Assembly (NCBI GenBank): GCA_963743865.1
Contig: CAVURG010000006.1
Location: 2,624,107 to 2,688,106, forward strand
Source of the DNA: an uncultured delta proteobacterium
GTDB lineage: Bacteria; Desulfobacterota; Binatia; Binatales; Binataceae
DNA length: 64,000 bases
Direction of reading: 5' to 3'
The notes under the pieces were generated by a model, which had not been told where the DNA came from, searched no databases, and saw only the letters and a program-made list of their open reading frames with translations. This document shows positions 10,750-20,763 of this stretch, piece after piece. Within the stretch, counting starts at the first letter, position 1, and each line of letters opens with the position of its first letter. The position numbers were made by a program, and so were the translations under genes.

Positions 10750-11214
10750 TCAGACTCTGCGCCGCTTCGGAGGACGGCATCCGTTGTGCGGAATCGGCGT
10801 CACGTCCCTGATCGAGATGACGCCCAGCCCCGTCGCTTGCAGCGCGCGCACTGCCGATTCGCGTCCTCCGCCCGGGCCTTTGACGTGAACGACCACCGCG
10901 CGCATCCCGACTTCCGAGCACTTGCGCGCGCACGCCTCCGCCGCCATCTGCGCCGCAAACGGCGTGCCCTTGCGCGAGCCCTTGAAGCCTACGGAGCCGG
11001 CGCTCGCCCATGCGATCACGGTTCCCTGCTGATCGGTGATCGTCACGATCGTGTTGTTGAAGGTCGCGTGCACATGCGCGACGCCCTCGGGCACGTTGCG
11101 GCGCACCTTCTTGCGCCGCGGCGCAGGCGCAGGTGCTCCAGCAGCGGGGGCCGCGGCGGCAGCGGCGGCCTTCTTTTCAGGTGCGGCTTTCGTCTCTTTG
11201 ATTTCTTCAGCCAT
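10750..11214 (-). CDS. rpsK: 30S ribosomal protein S11 with ~30-aa Ala/Pro/Lys-rich N-terminal extension
   Basis: Core [29 protein letters not shown]... preceded in frame by [32 protein letters not shown]. Confidence 0.92.
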   Translation of the reverse strand: MAEEIKETKAAPEKKAAAAAAAPAAGAPAPAPRRKKVRRNVPEGVAHVHATFNNTIVTITDQQGTVIAWASAGSVGFKGSRKGTPFAAQMAAEACARKCSEVGMRAVVVHVKGPGGGRESAVRALQATGLGVISIRDVTPIPHNGCRPPKRRRV

Positions 11215-11267
11215 TTATTCCAATTGCTCTCGTCATGATGCTTGCTATGTCGCTCGCGCCCCTTGCG

Positions 11268-11651
11268 TTAGCCCTTGGGCGGCGCCTGCTTCTTGCCGGC
11301 GACCACTTTGCGCGGACCCTTGCGCGTACGCGCGTTGGTATGCGTGCGTTGCCCGCGCACCGGAAGTCCGCGACGATGCCGAATCCCGCGGTAGCATCCC
11401 AGATCCATCAAGCGCTTGATCGACTGCTGAAAGTCGCGGCGCAGATCGCCTTCGACCTCGAAGTCGGTGTCGATCACCTGGCGGATATGGACCTGCTGGT
11501 CTGCCGACAGGTCGTCGGTCCTGATTGCGGGATCGACCTTGGCGGCGGCGAGAATTTTCAGCGCGCTCGGCCTGCCTATTCCGTAGATATAGGTCAGCGC
11601 GATATCCATCCGCTTGTTTTTGGGCAGTTCGACTCCAGCTATGCGTGCCAT
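11268..11651 (-). CDS. rpsM: 30S ribosomal protein S13
   Basis: [26 protein letters not shown]..., 127 aa, intact. Confidence 0.96.
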   Translation of the reverse strand: MARIAGVELPKNKRMDIALTYIYGIGRPSALKILAAAKVDPAIRTDDLSADQQVHIRQVIDTDFEVEGDLRRDFQQSIKRLMDLGCYRGIRHRRGLPVRGQRTHTNARTRKGPRKVVAGKKQAPPKG

Positions 11652-11664
11652 CGCGAAACCCTTC

Positions 11665-11778
11665 CTAGCCCTGACGCTGCTTGTGGCGCGGGTTCGAGCA
11701 CAGGACGCGCACGACGCCTTCGCGGCGCACGACCTTGCAGTTCTTGCAAATCTTTTTAACCGACGCTCGGACTTTCAT
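11665..11778 (-). CDS. rpmJ: 50S ribosomal protein L36
   Basis: Own translation, not in the ORF track: [37 protein letters not shown], stop TAG at 11665-11667, between infA and rpsM. Confidence 0.93.
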   Translation of the reverse strand: MKVRASVKKICKNCKVVRREGVVRVLCSNPRHKQRQG

Positions 11779-11807
11779 AGTTCGTCAATCTCTATCCGGC
11801 GCGCCCG

Positions 11808-12026
11808 CTAGCGCATCCGGTACGTAATCCGGCCGCGGGTGAGGTCGTAAGGCGACAACTCAACCGTGACCTTGTCGCCGGCCAGAATCTTGATGTAATG
11901 CATCCTCATTTTGCCCGAGATATGAGCCAACACCTTGTGCCCATTGTCGAGCGTCACCCTGAACACCGCATTGGGGAGCGCTTCCTGGACCGTCCCCTGT
12001 ACTTCGATCGCGTCGCCCTTAGACAT
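11808..12026 (-). CDS. infA: translation initiation factor IF-1
   Basis: 72 aa, [48 protein letters not shown]... Confidence 0.96.
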   Translation of the reverse strand: MSKGDAIEVQGTVQEALPNAVFRVTLDNGHKVLAHISGKMRMHYIKILAGDKVTVELSPYDLTRGRITYRMR

Positions 12027-12789
12027 TTTCGAGTTCGCTTAAGATTTGCGGCCCGTTGGAGGTAATCGCGATGGAATGCTCGAAGTGGGCAGATAGTTTA
12101 CCGTCCGCCGTCACCGCAGTCCAGCCATCGGAAAGGATCTCCAAATCGGGGCTTCCCTCGTTAACCATCGGTTCAATCGCCAGCGCCATTCCCTCGCGCA
12201 GCCGCGGATTAGGCATCCCGGGACGGAAATAGTTCGGCACCTGCGGATCCTCATGGAGCCGGCGGCCGATTCCATGTCCGGCAAAGTCGGTGACGACCGA
12301 AAACCCCGCCCGCTCGACCGTATCCTGCACCGCGCGCGCAATATCGCTGATACGATTGCCGGCGCGAGCCTGCGCGATTCCCGCGTAGAGCGACTCGCGC
12401 GTCACTCGCAGCAGCTTCGTCACCCGCTCCGGCACCGGGCCGACCGCGACCGTGCGCGCCGAGTCGCCGTAGAAGCCCTGGTACACGACGCCGAAATCGA
12501 GTCCGACGATGTCGCCGGCCTTCAATTTGCGGCTCGACGGGATGCCGTGGACGATCTCGCTGTTAACCGACACGCACAGGCACTTGGGATAAACGACGTC
12601 GCCCGGTTTGTAACCCTTGAAGGCAGGCTCGGCGCCTTTTTTGTAGGTCAGATCCTCGGCCAGCTTGTCGAGTTCCTCGGTCATGATTCCGGGGCGCACG
12701 GCAGCGGCCAGCGCCTCGAGGATCTCGGCGACGATTTGGTTCGCCTGGCGCATCACGGCGATCTCGGCCGGGGTTTTGATAGTAATCAT
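12019..12789 (-). CDS. map: type I methionine aminopeptidase
   Basis: 256-aa intact ORF, pita-bread fold, between adk and infA. Confidence 0.94.
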   Translation of the reverse strand: MITIKTPAEIAVMRQANQIVAEILEALAAAVRPGIMTEELDKLAEDLTYKKGAEPAFKGYKPGDVVYPKCLCVSVNSEIVHGIPSSRKLKAGDIVGLDFGVVYQGFYGDSARTVAVGPVPERVTKLLRVTRESLYAGIAQARAGNRISDIARAVQDTVERAGFSVVTDFAGHGIGRRLHEDPQVPNYFRPGMPNPRLREGMALAIEPMVNEGSPDLEILSDGWTAVTADGKLSAHFEHSIAITSNGPQILSELENV

Positions 12790-13479
12790 GATCGCGCGTG
12801 CCCCACGCCTGCTCGGGCCTGGCTGGTAACCGCCAGCCCGTCAACTGCGGCCAGAATTCGCTTCTCGACCTCGTCGGGGCGCCCCACTCCGTCAACCTGC
12901 GCAAGCAGCCCGAGCCGCCTATAATGATCGAGCAGCGGTTGCGTCGCCGCGTGATAGACCTTGATCCGTTCGCGCACGGTTTGCTCGGCGTCGTCGTCGC
13001 GCTGATAGAGTTCGCCGCCGCACTTATCGCAGACGCCCGCTTTGGCCGGCGGCTCGAAGACTACGTGATACATCGTCGCGCAATTGCGGCAGGTGCGCCG
13101 TCCTGAAATCCGTTTCACGACCTCTTCGTCGGGCAGCATCACCGCGACAACTTTGTCCAGCTTCAGCCCCGCGCGCTCGAGTCCCGCCGCGAGCGCTCTC
13201 GGCTTGCACTACGTTGCGGGGGAACCCGTCGAGGATAAACCCGCCGCGGGCGTCTTTTTTTTGCAGCCGCTCCGCGATCAGCTTCAGCACCAACTCGTCG
13301 GGGACCAACTGCCCGCGATCCATGTAGCCGGCCGCCTCGCGGCCAAGCTCCGAGTCTTCGCGCACGGCGGCGCGCAACAGATCGCCGCTGGCAATTTGCG
13401 GGATGCCCCACAGCGCAGCGAGCGTCTGCGCTTGCGTACCCTTGCCCGCACCCGGCGGGCCCAGCAGCACGAGCCGCAC
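12786..13479 (-). pseudogene. adk: adenylate kinase, frame broken by one extra base near 13197 (as assembled)
   Basis: N-terminal ORF 13024..13479 (MRLVLLGPPGAGKGTQA...GFILDGFPRNVVQAE) and C-terminal ORF 12786..13142 (Cys4 lid CRNC...CDKCGG) are in different frames. Reading caa gcc gag [a] gcg ctc gcg restores the conserved QAEALAAGLERAGLKLD junction. Confidence 0.9.
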
Positions 13480-13482
13480 CAG

Positions 13483-14790
13483 CTAGGCGCCCCTCTTGGT
13501 CTTGACCCGTCCGCGGCGCATGAAGCCCTCGTAGTTGCGGGTCAGCAGATGGGTTTCGATTTGCGCAACCGTGTCCAGCGCCACACCCACGACGATCAGC
13601 AGTGCGGTGCCGCCGAAGAAAAACGGGACGTTGAAGCGCGCGATCAGAATCGTCGGCAGCACGCACACGGCGCTGACGTACACCGCGCCGCCGAGCGTGA
13701 TTCGCGACAGCACGCGATCGATATAGTCGGCGGTGAAGCGCCCGGGCCGGATTCCCGGGATAAAGCCGCCATATTTTTTCAGATTGTCGGCGACGTCGAC
13801 CGGATTAAATGTGACCGAGGTGTAGAAGTAACAGAAGAAGACGATCAGCGCGACGTAAACCAGGTCGTAGTAGAAGCCACCCGGCGTCAGGTAGCTCGAG
13901 TACGGTTTCAGAAATGGAACGAAGGTGGCCAGCGTCGCCGGGAACACCAGCAGCGCCGACGCAAAGATCGGCGGAATGACACCCGAGGTGTTGATCTTCA
14001 GCGGCAGATGCGAACTCTGACCGCCGTAAACGCGGCGTCCAACCACTCGGCGCGCATACTGAATCGGGATGCGCCGCTGCGCCGTCTCGATATAGACGAT
14101 ACCGGCGATCACCGCGACTGCGACCGCGAGGATGAAGATGAGCAAGAAGATGCTCATTTCGCCCTCGCGCACGAACTGCGCCGTGGTGCTGATCGCGCTG
14201 GGCAGGCGCGCCACGATTCCCGCCATGATGATCAGCGAGATGCCGTTGCCGATTCCGCGCTCGGTAATCTGCTCGCCGATCCACATCAGGAACATCGTGC
14301 CCGCCGTGACGGTGATCACCGTCATCACGATGAACCCCGGTCCGGGATTGTAAACGATGCTGCCGCCGCCGGGCGCCTGAATCTTTTCGAGCGAGAACGC
14401 GATCATCGTGCCCTGAAACAGCGCCAGAGCCACCGTGCCGTAGCGCGTGTACTGGGTTATCTTGCGGCGGCCCGCCTCGCCTTCCTTGTAGAGCTCGTCG
14501 AGATAGGGCGACGCGATTTTCAGCAGGTCAAGGACGATCGCGACCGAGATGTAGGGCATGATGCCGAGCGCCAGGACCGAGAAGCGCTCGAGCGCGCCGC
14601 CCGAAAACAGGTTGACCCATCCGAACAGCGTGCCGCTGGCCGCGTCGAAGAACGACGCGAGCGCCTGCCCGTCGATGCCGGGGGTCGGCACGGCGACGCC
14701 GATGCGGTACACGGCCAGCATCATGGCCGTGAACACCAGCCGTCGGCGCAACTCCGGGATGCGCGAGGCGTTTGAAAACCCGTCCAGCAT
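13483..14790 (-). CDS. secY: preprotein translocase subunit SecY
   Basis: 435-aa uninterrupted ORF with 10 hydrophobic segments, between rplO and adk. It is intact although it sits inside the indel-rich zone. Confidence 0.96.
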   Translation of the reverse strand: MLDGFSNASRIPELRRRLVFTAMMLAVYRIGVAVPTPGIDGQALASFFDAASGTLFGWVNLFSGGALERFSVLALGIMPYISVAIVLDLLKIASPYLDELYKEGEAGRRKITQYTRYGTVALALFQGTMIAFSLEKIQAPGGGSIVYNPGPGFIVMTVITVTAGTMFLMWIGEQITERGIGNGISLIIMAGIVARLPSAISTTAQFVREGEMSIFLLIFILAVAVAVIAGIVYIETAQRRIPIQYARRVVGRRVYGGQSSHLPLKINTSGVIPPIFASALLVFPATLATFVPFLKPYSSYLTPGGFYYDLVYVALIVFFCYFYTSVTFNPVDVADNLKKYGGFIPGIRPGRFTADYIDRVLSRITLGGAVYVSAVCVLPTILIARFNVPFFFGGTALLIVVGVALDTVAQIETHLLTRNYEGFMRRGRVKTKRGA

Positions 14791-15260
14791 CTAGCTTTCG
14801 GTCGGCGCGTTACCAGCTCCGCGACGCCGCCCGCGGCGGCGATTTTGTCCAGCGCGCTTTTCGAGAACGCATCGGCGCGCACCTTGATCTTACTCTTCAG
14901 ATCGCCGTCGCCTAAAACCTTGACCTTGCGCCCGGCGGGAACCAGTCCGCGCGCGGCCAGCGCGGCCGCATCGATGGTGACGCCGTCGGCGAAATCGCCC
15001 AGCCGCGACAGGTTCACAATGGCGAATTCGTCGCGGCGCGCCTGGTTCTTCAGCGTGCGTCGAAAACCCTGCTTGGGCAAGCGCCGCTGCAGCGGCATCT
15101 GGCCGCCTTCGTAACTCGGCGGCGTGTTGCCGTGCGAGCGCGCGCCCAGTCCCTTATGCCCGCGGCCCGAGGTCTTGCCGTGGCCGGAGCCGATTCCCCT
15201 GCCGACGCGGCGTTTGCGATGCGTCGAGCCGGGAGACGGTTTCAAATCCTTCAAATCCAT
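14721..15260 (-). CDS. rplO: 50S ribosomal protein L15 (3' end uncertain)
   Basis: [37 protein letters not shown]... The ORF runs 70 nt into secY. An alternative frame gives TAG at 14791-14793 directly abutting the secY ATG, so a 3'-proximal indel is suspected. Confidence 0.85.
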   Translation of the reverse strand: MDLKDLKPSPGSTHRKRRVGRGIGSGHGKTSGRGHKGLGARSHGNTPPSYEGGQMPLQRRLPKQGFRRTLKNQARRDEFAIVNLSRLGDFADGVTIDAAALAARGLVPAGRKVKVLGDGDLKSKIKVRADAFSKSALDKIAAAGGVAELVTRRPKARCWTGFQTPRASRSCADGWCSRP

Positions 15261-15268
15261 GACTGCGC

Positions 15269-15456
15269 CTAATCCTTGAGCTCGACCACCAGATGCTTGA
15301 GACGCTTGACCATCCCTTCGACCGCGGCGCTGCGCTTGAGCTCGCGCACGCTGCCGACTTTGCCCAGGCCCAGCCCCTTGACCGTCTCGCGCACGCGCCG
15401 ATTGGTGCTGATCGGACTGCGCGACGAGTTTCGATTCGGATCGTATCGCTCATCAC
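15269..15456 (-). pseudogene. rpmD: 50S ribosomal protein L30, frameshifted near 15430 (as assembled)
   Basis: Start MMSDTIRIE is in one frame. The conserved remainder [49 protein letters not shown] with stop at 15269-15271 is in another (own translation). Confidence 0.85.
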
Positions 15457-15478
15457 TAGACCGCTTGACTTGACGCGA

Positions 15479-16080
15479 TTATCTGCTTGACCGATTGCCT
15501 GCGCAAAATACCTTATCGTCCCGTGCCCGTCCGGGCTCAGGCCGCCTCGGGACGTTCGCCGCCCGAGCGCGCGCGCGACTTAGATATCCTGCGGTGCTGC
15601 GCAGTTCGACCAGCGCCTCGAGCGTTGCCTTGACCAGGTTGTGAGGATTCGACGAGCCCAGCCGCTTGGTCAGGATATTGCGGATTCCCGCCAGCTCGAC
15701 CACCGCGCGCACTCCGCCCGCCGCGATCACTCCGGTGCCCTCGGCGGCCGGGCGCAGCACGACGCGGCCGGCGCCGAAATGTCCGACCACTTCGTGCGGA
15801 ATCGTGCCATCCTGAATCGGCACGCGGACCAGGCTTTTCTTGGCGCGATCGACGCCCTTGCGAATCGCCTCGGGCACTTCGTTGGCCTTGCCCAGGCCGA
15901 AGCCGACCAGTCCGTTATGATCGCCCGCGACCACCAGCGCGCTGAAGCTGAAGCGGCGTCCGCCCTTGACGACCTTGGCGACGCGGTTGATGTGGACGAC
16001 CTTTTCCTTGATTTCGAGGCCCTGCGGATCGATGCGTTGCGGACCGCGCTTTCTCTTAGCGTTCGTTGCCTGCCTTTCAA
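15479..16080 (-). pseudogene. rpsE: 30S ribosomal protein S5, disrupted at both ends (as assembled)
   Basis: The core [56 protein letters not shown]... has no in-frame start. A TTG at 16078-16080 overlapping the rplR stop (TTGA) is in another frame. The C-terminus after ...LVELRS is scrambled, with candidate stops at 15479, 15537 or 15580. Confidence 0.8.
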
Positions 16081-16442
16081 AATTTTAGTCCCGCTTCGCG
16101 CGCCGCGTCGGCCAGCGCCTTGACCCGGCCGTGATAGAGAAATCCGTTTCGGTCGAACACGACGCTCGAAATTCCGGCTCGAAGGCATCGCTCGGCGATC
16201 GCCTTGCCGACGGCCTTGGCGGCGGCCAGGTTGCGCTTGCTCTTGAGCCCGTCGCGCACGCTTCGGCGGTGGCGGTCGAAGCCGCGGCGAGCGTACGTGC
16301 CGCTCTGGTCGGAGATCACCTGGACGTAGATATGATGCAGCGAGCGGAAGATCGAGAGCCGCGGGCGCGGTCGTTGCCGACCGCCTTGCGCCGCACGCGC
16401 TGGCGGCGCAGCCTGCGTTTTTCTGATCGCTCTGATAGCCAT
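16077..16442 (-). CDS. rplR: 50S ribosomal protein L18 (ORF open, but contains two out-of-frame patches)
   Basis: 121-aa ORF. Residues ~9-27 and ~49-63 read as nonsense ([19 protein letters not shown] and [12 protein letters not shown]). Alternative frames there give typical L18 sequence ([19 protein letters not shown] and [12 protein letters not shown]), which implies two compensating indel pairs. Confidence 0.88.
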   Translation of the reverse strand: MAIRAIRKTQAAPPARAAQGGRQRPRPRLSIFRSLHHIYVQVISDQSGTYARRGFDRHRRSVRDGLKSKRNLAAAKAVGKAIAERCLRAGISSVVFDRNGFLYHGRVKALADAAREAGLKF

Positions 16443-16477
16443 AATCGCAACTAACCTTTATGCCCGACTGGTGCGCA

Positions 16478-17033
16478 CTACGCCGAGGTCGAGCCGGCCG
16501 CGGCCTTGCCCGCCTTGCGGCGAATCGTTTCGGTCGCGTACTTGATTCCCTTGCCCTTGTACGGCTCGGGCGGCCTGAGTTCGCGAATCTGCGCCGCGAC
16601 CGTGCCGAGCAATTGGCGGTCGGCGCTCTCGAGCGTGATCAGTCACCTGTTTCTCGACCTTGGCGGTGACTCCGGGCGGAAGCTGATAGACGATCGGATG
16701 CGAATAGCCGAGCGTCAAATTGATCTGGTGGCCCTTGGCTTCCGCGCGGTAGCCGACGCCGTTTATCTCGAGAACGCGGGTAAAGCCCTTGCCGACGCCC
16801 TCGACCATGTTGGCGATCAGCTTGCGCGTGAGCCCGTGCAGCGAACGCTCCAGGCTGGTAGTCGCCGGGGCGCTTCACGACGAGTTCGCGCGTCCGTTGA
16901 TCTCGACGGTAAAGCCGGGATGGAGCTGAGCTCGAGCTTGCCCTTGGGGCCCTCGACCTTGAGCGTCGTGCCGGCGAGCGACGGCCTTGACGCTCTTTTC
17001 GAGTTGTATCGGTAGTCTTCCTATGCGCGACAT
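16478..17033 (-). pseudogene. rplF: 50S ribosomal protein L6, multiple frameshifts (as assembled)
   Basis: Start MSRIGRLPIQL at 17031-17033. Recognisable L6 blocks ([55 protein letters not shown]; [33 protein letters not shown] with stop 16478-16480) are spread over three frames (ORFs 16458..16808 and 16639..17049). Confidence 0.85.
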
Positions 17034-17042
17034 CGGCTCCGT

Positions 17043-17443
17043 TCACCAAACCCTGCAGAGGATTTCGCCGCCGACGTTCTTGCGCCGCGCTTCGCGTCCG
17101 GTCATCACGCCGAGCGGCGTCGATACAATTTGCACGCCCATCGCGCCGCGCACCTTGCCGATCTCGTCGGCGCCCGCGTAGCGCCGAGACTCGGCTTGCT
17201 GATGCGGTCGATGCCGCGGATCACCGGACTCGCGCGTCGGCGAGTAACGCAGCTTGAGCACCAGCATCTTCTTGGGCATCTTCACCGCCGACTTCGACGC
17301 CGCCGAGGAAACCTTCGGCCATCAGCACGCGGCAAATTGCTTCGCGCAGCCGTGAATGGGGCGAGCGTGAGTTCATTGTACCGCGCGCGCATCGCGTTGC
17401 GGATTCGGGTCAGCAGTTCTGCGATCGGATCGGTCTGCGACAT
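17043..17443 (-). pseudogene. rpsH: 30S ribosomal protein S8, multiple frameshifts (as assembled)
   Basis: Own translation from ATG 17441-17443 gives [20 protein letters not shown]. The C-terminal block ...YAGADEIGKVRGAMGVQIVSTPLGVMTGREARRKNVGGEILCRVW (ORF 17043..17285) is in another frame and contains a scrambled patch. Confidence 0.85.
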
Positions 17444-17455
17444 TATTGGTCTCTC

Positions 17456-17642
17456 TTACCAGCTCGCCTTGATCGACGCCGGGCAACTTGCCGTCGAGCG
17501 CGAGTTTGCGCAGGCATAGCCGGCACATTTTGAAGCGCCGATAGAACGCGCGCGCGCGACCGCATAGCGGGCAGCGGTTGTACTGGCGCACTTTGAATTT
17601 TTGTTTGCGGGTTGCCTTAACCCGCAGGCACGTTTTCGCCAT
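17456..17642 (-). pseudogene. rpsN: 30S ribosomal protein S14 type Z (Zn-ribbon form), one extra base at ~17474 (as assembled)
   Basis: [56 protein letters not shown], then ggc gtc [g] atc aag gcg agc tgg taa. Removing one base restores the canonical ending VIKASW with stop at 17456-17458. As assembled, the ORF reads through to 17373. Confidence 0.9.
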
Positions 17643-18473
17643 TAACTATCCTCAGGCCCCCTGCTCTGGGCCGTCGGCGCGGCGGCGCCTTGGCGGCCTG
17701 CGCGCGGCCTGGCGGCGGCGCGCCTTGGCCGCGTCCGCCTCGCGCTCTGCGCCCGCGCATCGGCATCCCGAGCGCGCGCAGCAGGGTCAGCCCCTCGAAG
17801 TCGCTGCGCGCCGTGGTCGTGATCGAAATCGTCAGTCCCTTCACCTTGTCGACCTTGTCGAGGTTGAGTTCGGGGAAAATCGTATGTTCCTTGCAGCCCG
17901 AGCGAGTAGTTGCCGCGGCCGTCGAACGCCTTGTCGCTGACCCCGCGGAAGTCGCGCACGCGCGGCAGCGAGACGTTCACCAGCCGGTCGAAAAATTCCC
18001 ACATCTGTTCGCGCCGCAGCGTTACCATCACGCCAATCGGCATCCCCTGGCGCAGCTTGAAGTTCGATATCGCCTTGCGCGCGCGGGTCAGCACCGGCTT
18101 CTGCCCGGCGATCACCTTGAGCTCTTCGAGCGCGGAGTCGAGAATCTTGACGTTGTCGCGCGCTTCCTGGAGCGCCATGTTGATCGTGATCTTCTGACAG
18201 CCGCGGCACCCGCATCTTGTTGTCGATCTTCAGCTCGCGCATCAGCGCCGGCACGATCTCGTTTTCGAAGCGAACGCGCAGCCGGGCCGGCAGCTTGGGC
18301 TCGGGCGGCAGCGGCGCGGCAGCCGCGGACTTGGCTTCTTCGGCCGCCTGCTTCTGCTGAGCCTGCCGGGCCTTGCCTTCGCGCTTGGCCTTGGCCGCCT
18401 GATCGGCCTTGGCGGTCTGCTCGGCCTTGGCGGCCTGCTCGGCCTTGTCGGGCTTTTCCTTTTTGTCGGCCAT
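17642..18473 (-). pseudogene. rplE: 50S ribosomal protein L5 with Lys/Ala/Gln-rich N-terminal extension; at least 3 frameshifts (as assembled)
   Basis: L5 blocks sit in three ORFs: 17841..18473 (extension plus [29 protein letters not shown]), 17642..18178 ([55 protein letters not shown]...) and 17617..17844 ([27 protein letters not shown]). The stop TAA at 17642-17644 overlaps the rpsN ATG. Confidence 0.85.
18401..18454 (-). repeat. three imperfect tandem 18-bp units inside the rplE 5' extension
   Basis: gatcggccttggcggtct / gctcggccttggcggcct / gctcggccttgtcgggct (18401-18454) encode the AEQxAK-type hexapeptide repeat KAEQAAKAEQTAKADQAAK. Confidence 0.7.
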
Positions 18474-18808
18474 CAGTCGTTACCTATCACTTCGCCGCAG
18501 CGGCGGCAGACGCGGCTCTTGGCGCCGTCATCGGCAAGCTTGAGCCCGACCCTGACCGGAGCGTTGCAGCGATCGCAAAAAATCATGACGTTCGAGATGG
18601 CGATGGGCGCTTCCTTCTCGACGATACCGCCGGGGCTCTGCGCACCGCGCGGCTTGCTGTGACGCTTGACGATATTGAGGCGCTCGACGATGACGCGTCC
18701 GCGCTCGGGCAGCACGCGCATCACCTTGCCGGTCTTGCCGCGGTCGCGGCCGTTGACGACCATCACGGTGTCATTCTTCTTGATCTTGTATTTCGCCGAC
18801 GCCATCAC
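18473..18808 (-). CDS. rplX: 50S ribosomal protein L24
   Basis: 111-aa intact [31 protein letters not shown]... (KOW motif), between rplN and rplE. Confidence 0.94.
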   Translation of the reverse strand: MMASAKYKIKKNDTVMVVNGRDRGKTGKVMRVLPERGRVIVERLNIVKRHSKPRGAQSPGGIVEKEAPIAISNVMIFCDRCNAPVRVGLKLADDGAKSRVCRRCGEVIGND

Positions 18809-19172
18809 AGCACCTCCGGCGCGAGCGAGATAATCTTCAGAAATTTCTTCGCGCGCAGCTCGCGGGCCACCGGACCGAAGATGCGGGTGCCGATCGGCTC
18901 GTGATCCTTGTCGAGCAGCACCGCGGAATTGCCGTCAAAGCGGATGTAACTGCCGTCGTCGCGGCTGATTTCCTTGGCGGTTCGCACGATAACCGCGCGC
19001 GACACGTCGCCCTTTTTGACCTTGGCGTTGGGAATCGCTTCTTTGACCGCGACCACGATGACGTCGCCGACCGACGCGTAGCGGCGCTGGATCCGCCGAG
19101 CACCTTGATGCACATCACTTTGCGGGCGCCCGAGTTATCGGCGACATCGAGAACGGTTTGTACCTGTACCAT
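18805..19172 (-). pseudogene. rplN: 50S ribosomal protein L14, one missing base near 19087 (as assembled)
   Basis: [28 protein letters not shown] (ORF 18837..19172) and [27 protein letters not shown]...LAPEVL (ORF 18805..19113) are in different frames. The junction tcc ag cgc cgc tac fits GGS-K-RRYA with one base lost. The corrected length of 369 nt gives the usual 122 aa. Confidence 0.9.
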
Positions 19173-19178
19173 CGCGCC

Positions 19179-19434
19179 CTACCCCGCGGCCTTTTTGAGA
19201 ACGCTGGCTGACGCGCCAGCGCTTGTTCTTGGAGAGCGGACGCGACTCGATAATCTGCACGCGATCGCCTTCGTTGCACTCGCCGCGTTCGTCGTGCGCC
19301 ATGAAGCGGGTGCTGCGGCGCACGCGCTTGCCGTACAGGGCATGCTCGACCATGCGGTCCACCCTGACCACCACGGTCTTGGTCATCTTGGCGGACACCA
19401 CAGTGCCCTCGCGCCGTTTAATTCGTTCCCGCAT
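19179..19434 (-). pseudogene. rpsQ: 30S ribosomal protein S17, one extra base near 19203 (as assembled)
   Basis: [77 protein letters not shown], then cag [c] gtt ctc aaa aag gcc gcg ggg tag. The corrected ending VLKKAAG stops at 19179-19181, 6 nt before the rplN ATG. Confidence 0.9.
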
Positions 19435-19651
19435 TGGCTACCTTCTTGTCCGCCGCGGCCGCGCCGCGCGCCTTCTCGCCGAGCAAAGTCATGATGAGCG
19501 CCAGCTCGCGGCGCGCGCGCCGATAGCCGGCGTGATTATCCAGCTGATTGGTGCGCAGCTTGAGCCGCAGCCGGAAAATTTCCTCGCGCGCCTCGCGCTC
19601 CTTGACGCGCAAATCCGGCGCGGTCATCTGCCTTAGTTCGTCAAGCTCCAA
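19418..19651 (-). CDS. rpmC: 50S ribosomal protein L29
   Basis: 77-aa [61 protein letters not shown]... TTG start overlaps the rplP end, and the Ala-rich tail overlaps the rpsQ start. Confidence 0.85.
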   Translation of the reverse strand: MELDELRQMTAPDLRVKEREAREEIFRLRLKLRTNQLDNHAGYRRARRELALIMTLLGEKARGAAAADKKVANAGTN

Positions 19652-20067
19652 GGCCGCCCTCCTCGCGCTGGATCATAATTGTCTTGATCGGCAGCTTGTG
19701 CGCCGCCAGCCGCATCGCTTCTTTTGCCGTGGCGTAATCGACGCCTTCCATCTCGAACAGAATCCTGCCCGGGCCTGACGCACGCGACCCATCCCTCGGG
19801 CGAGCCCTTGCCTTTGCCCATGCGGGTTTCGGCCGGTTTCTTGGTGAAGGGCTTGTCGGGGAAGACGCGAATCCAGACGCGGCCGCCGCGCTTGATATGG
19901 CGGGTCAGCGCGATACGAGCGGCTTCGAGCGCGCGGGTATCGATGCGGCAAGTCTCGAGCGACTTGAGTCCGTAGTCGCCGAAGGCGAGCGTGAGTCCGC
20001 GCGACTCGGCGCCGCGGACGCGGCCCTTCATCATTTTGCGCCATTTAACTTTTTTTGGTGCGAGCAT
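19641..20067 (-). pseudogene. rplP: 50S ribosomal protein L16, one extra base near 19767 (as assembled)
   Basis: [24 protein letters not shown]...[15 protein letters not shown], then ccc ggg [c] agg att ctg ttc gag atg. The corrected tail is [41 protein letters not shown] with stop at 19641-19643. Confidence 0.9.
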
Positions 20068-20076
20068 CTTGGCTGT

Positions 20077-20755
20077 TCAATTCGCCTGCGCCGGCGCGCC
20101 TGCGCGTTTCGCGTCCGCATCCTTGCGGGTCAGAACTTCGCCGCGGAAAATCCAGACCTTCACGCCGATCTGGCCGTAGGTCGTGCGCGCTTCGGCGAAT
20201 CCGTAAGCCACGTCCGCGCGCAGCGTCTGCAGGGGCACGCGACCCTCGCGGTACCATTCCTGACGCGCGATTTCCGCGCCGCCCAGGCGTCCGGCGACGT
20301 GGACCTTGACGCCCTGCGCGCCCATCCGCATCGCGCGCGTGACGGCTTCTTTCATCGCGCGGCGAAAGGCGACGCGGCGCTCGAGCTGGAGCGCGATATT
20401 CTCGGCGACCAGCTGCGGGTCGAGGTCGGGGCGGCGCACCTCGTGGATATTGATAAACGAGTCGCGCCCCTTCATCAGCTTCTGGATATCGATCTTGAGC
20501 TTGTCGATCTCGGCGCCCTTCTTGCCGATCACGATGCCGGGGCGCGCGGTGTAGATATTTATCTTGGCCTTGTTGGCCATCCGCTCGATTTCAATCCGCG
20601 AGATGCCGGCGTGGTAGAGCCGCTTCTTGATGAAATCGCGCAGCTTCAAATCCTCGTGCAGCAACGTGGCGTAGTCGTGGCTGGCGTACCATCGCGAGTC
20701 CCAGCTTTCGATGATGCCGAGGCGAAATCCGCGCGGATGTGACTTTCTGTCCCAT
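20077..20755 (-). pseudogene. rpsC: 30S ribosomal protein S3, one extra base near 20740 (as assembled)
   Basis: atg gga cag aaa gtc [a] cat ccg cgc gga ttt cgc. After correction [41 protein letters not shown]... joins ORF 20077..20664. Confidence 0.9.
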
Positions 20756-20763
20756 CGAAGACC

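Noticed and set aside
13084-14775. 563-aa plus-strand ORF
   Set aside because: It is antisense to secY and adk, extremely Arg/Asp/His-rich and not protein-like.
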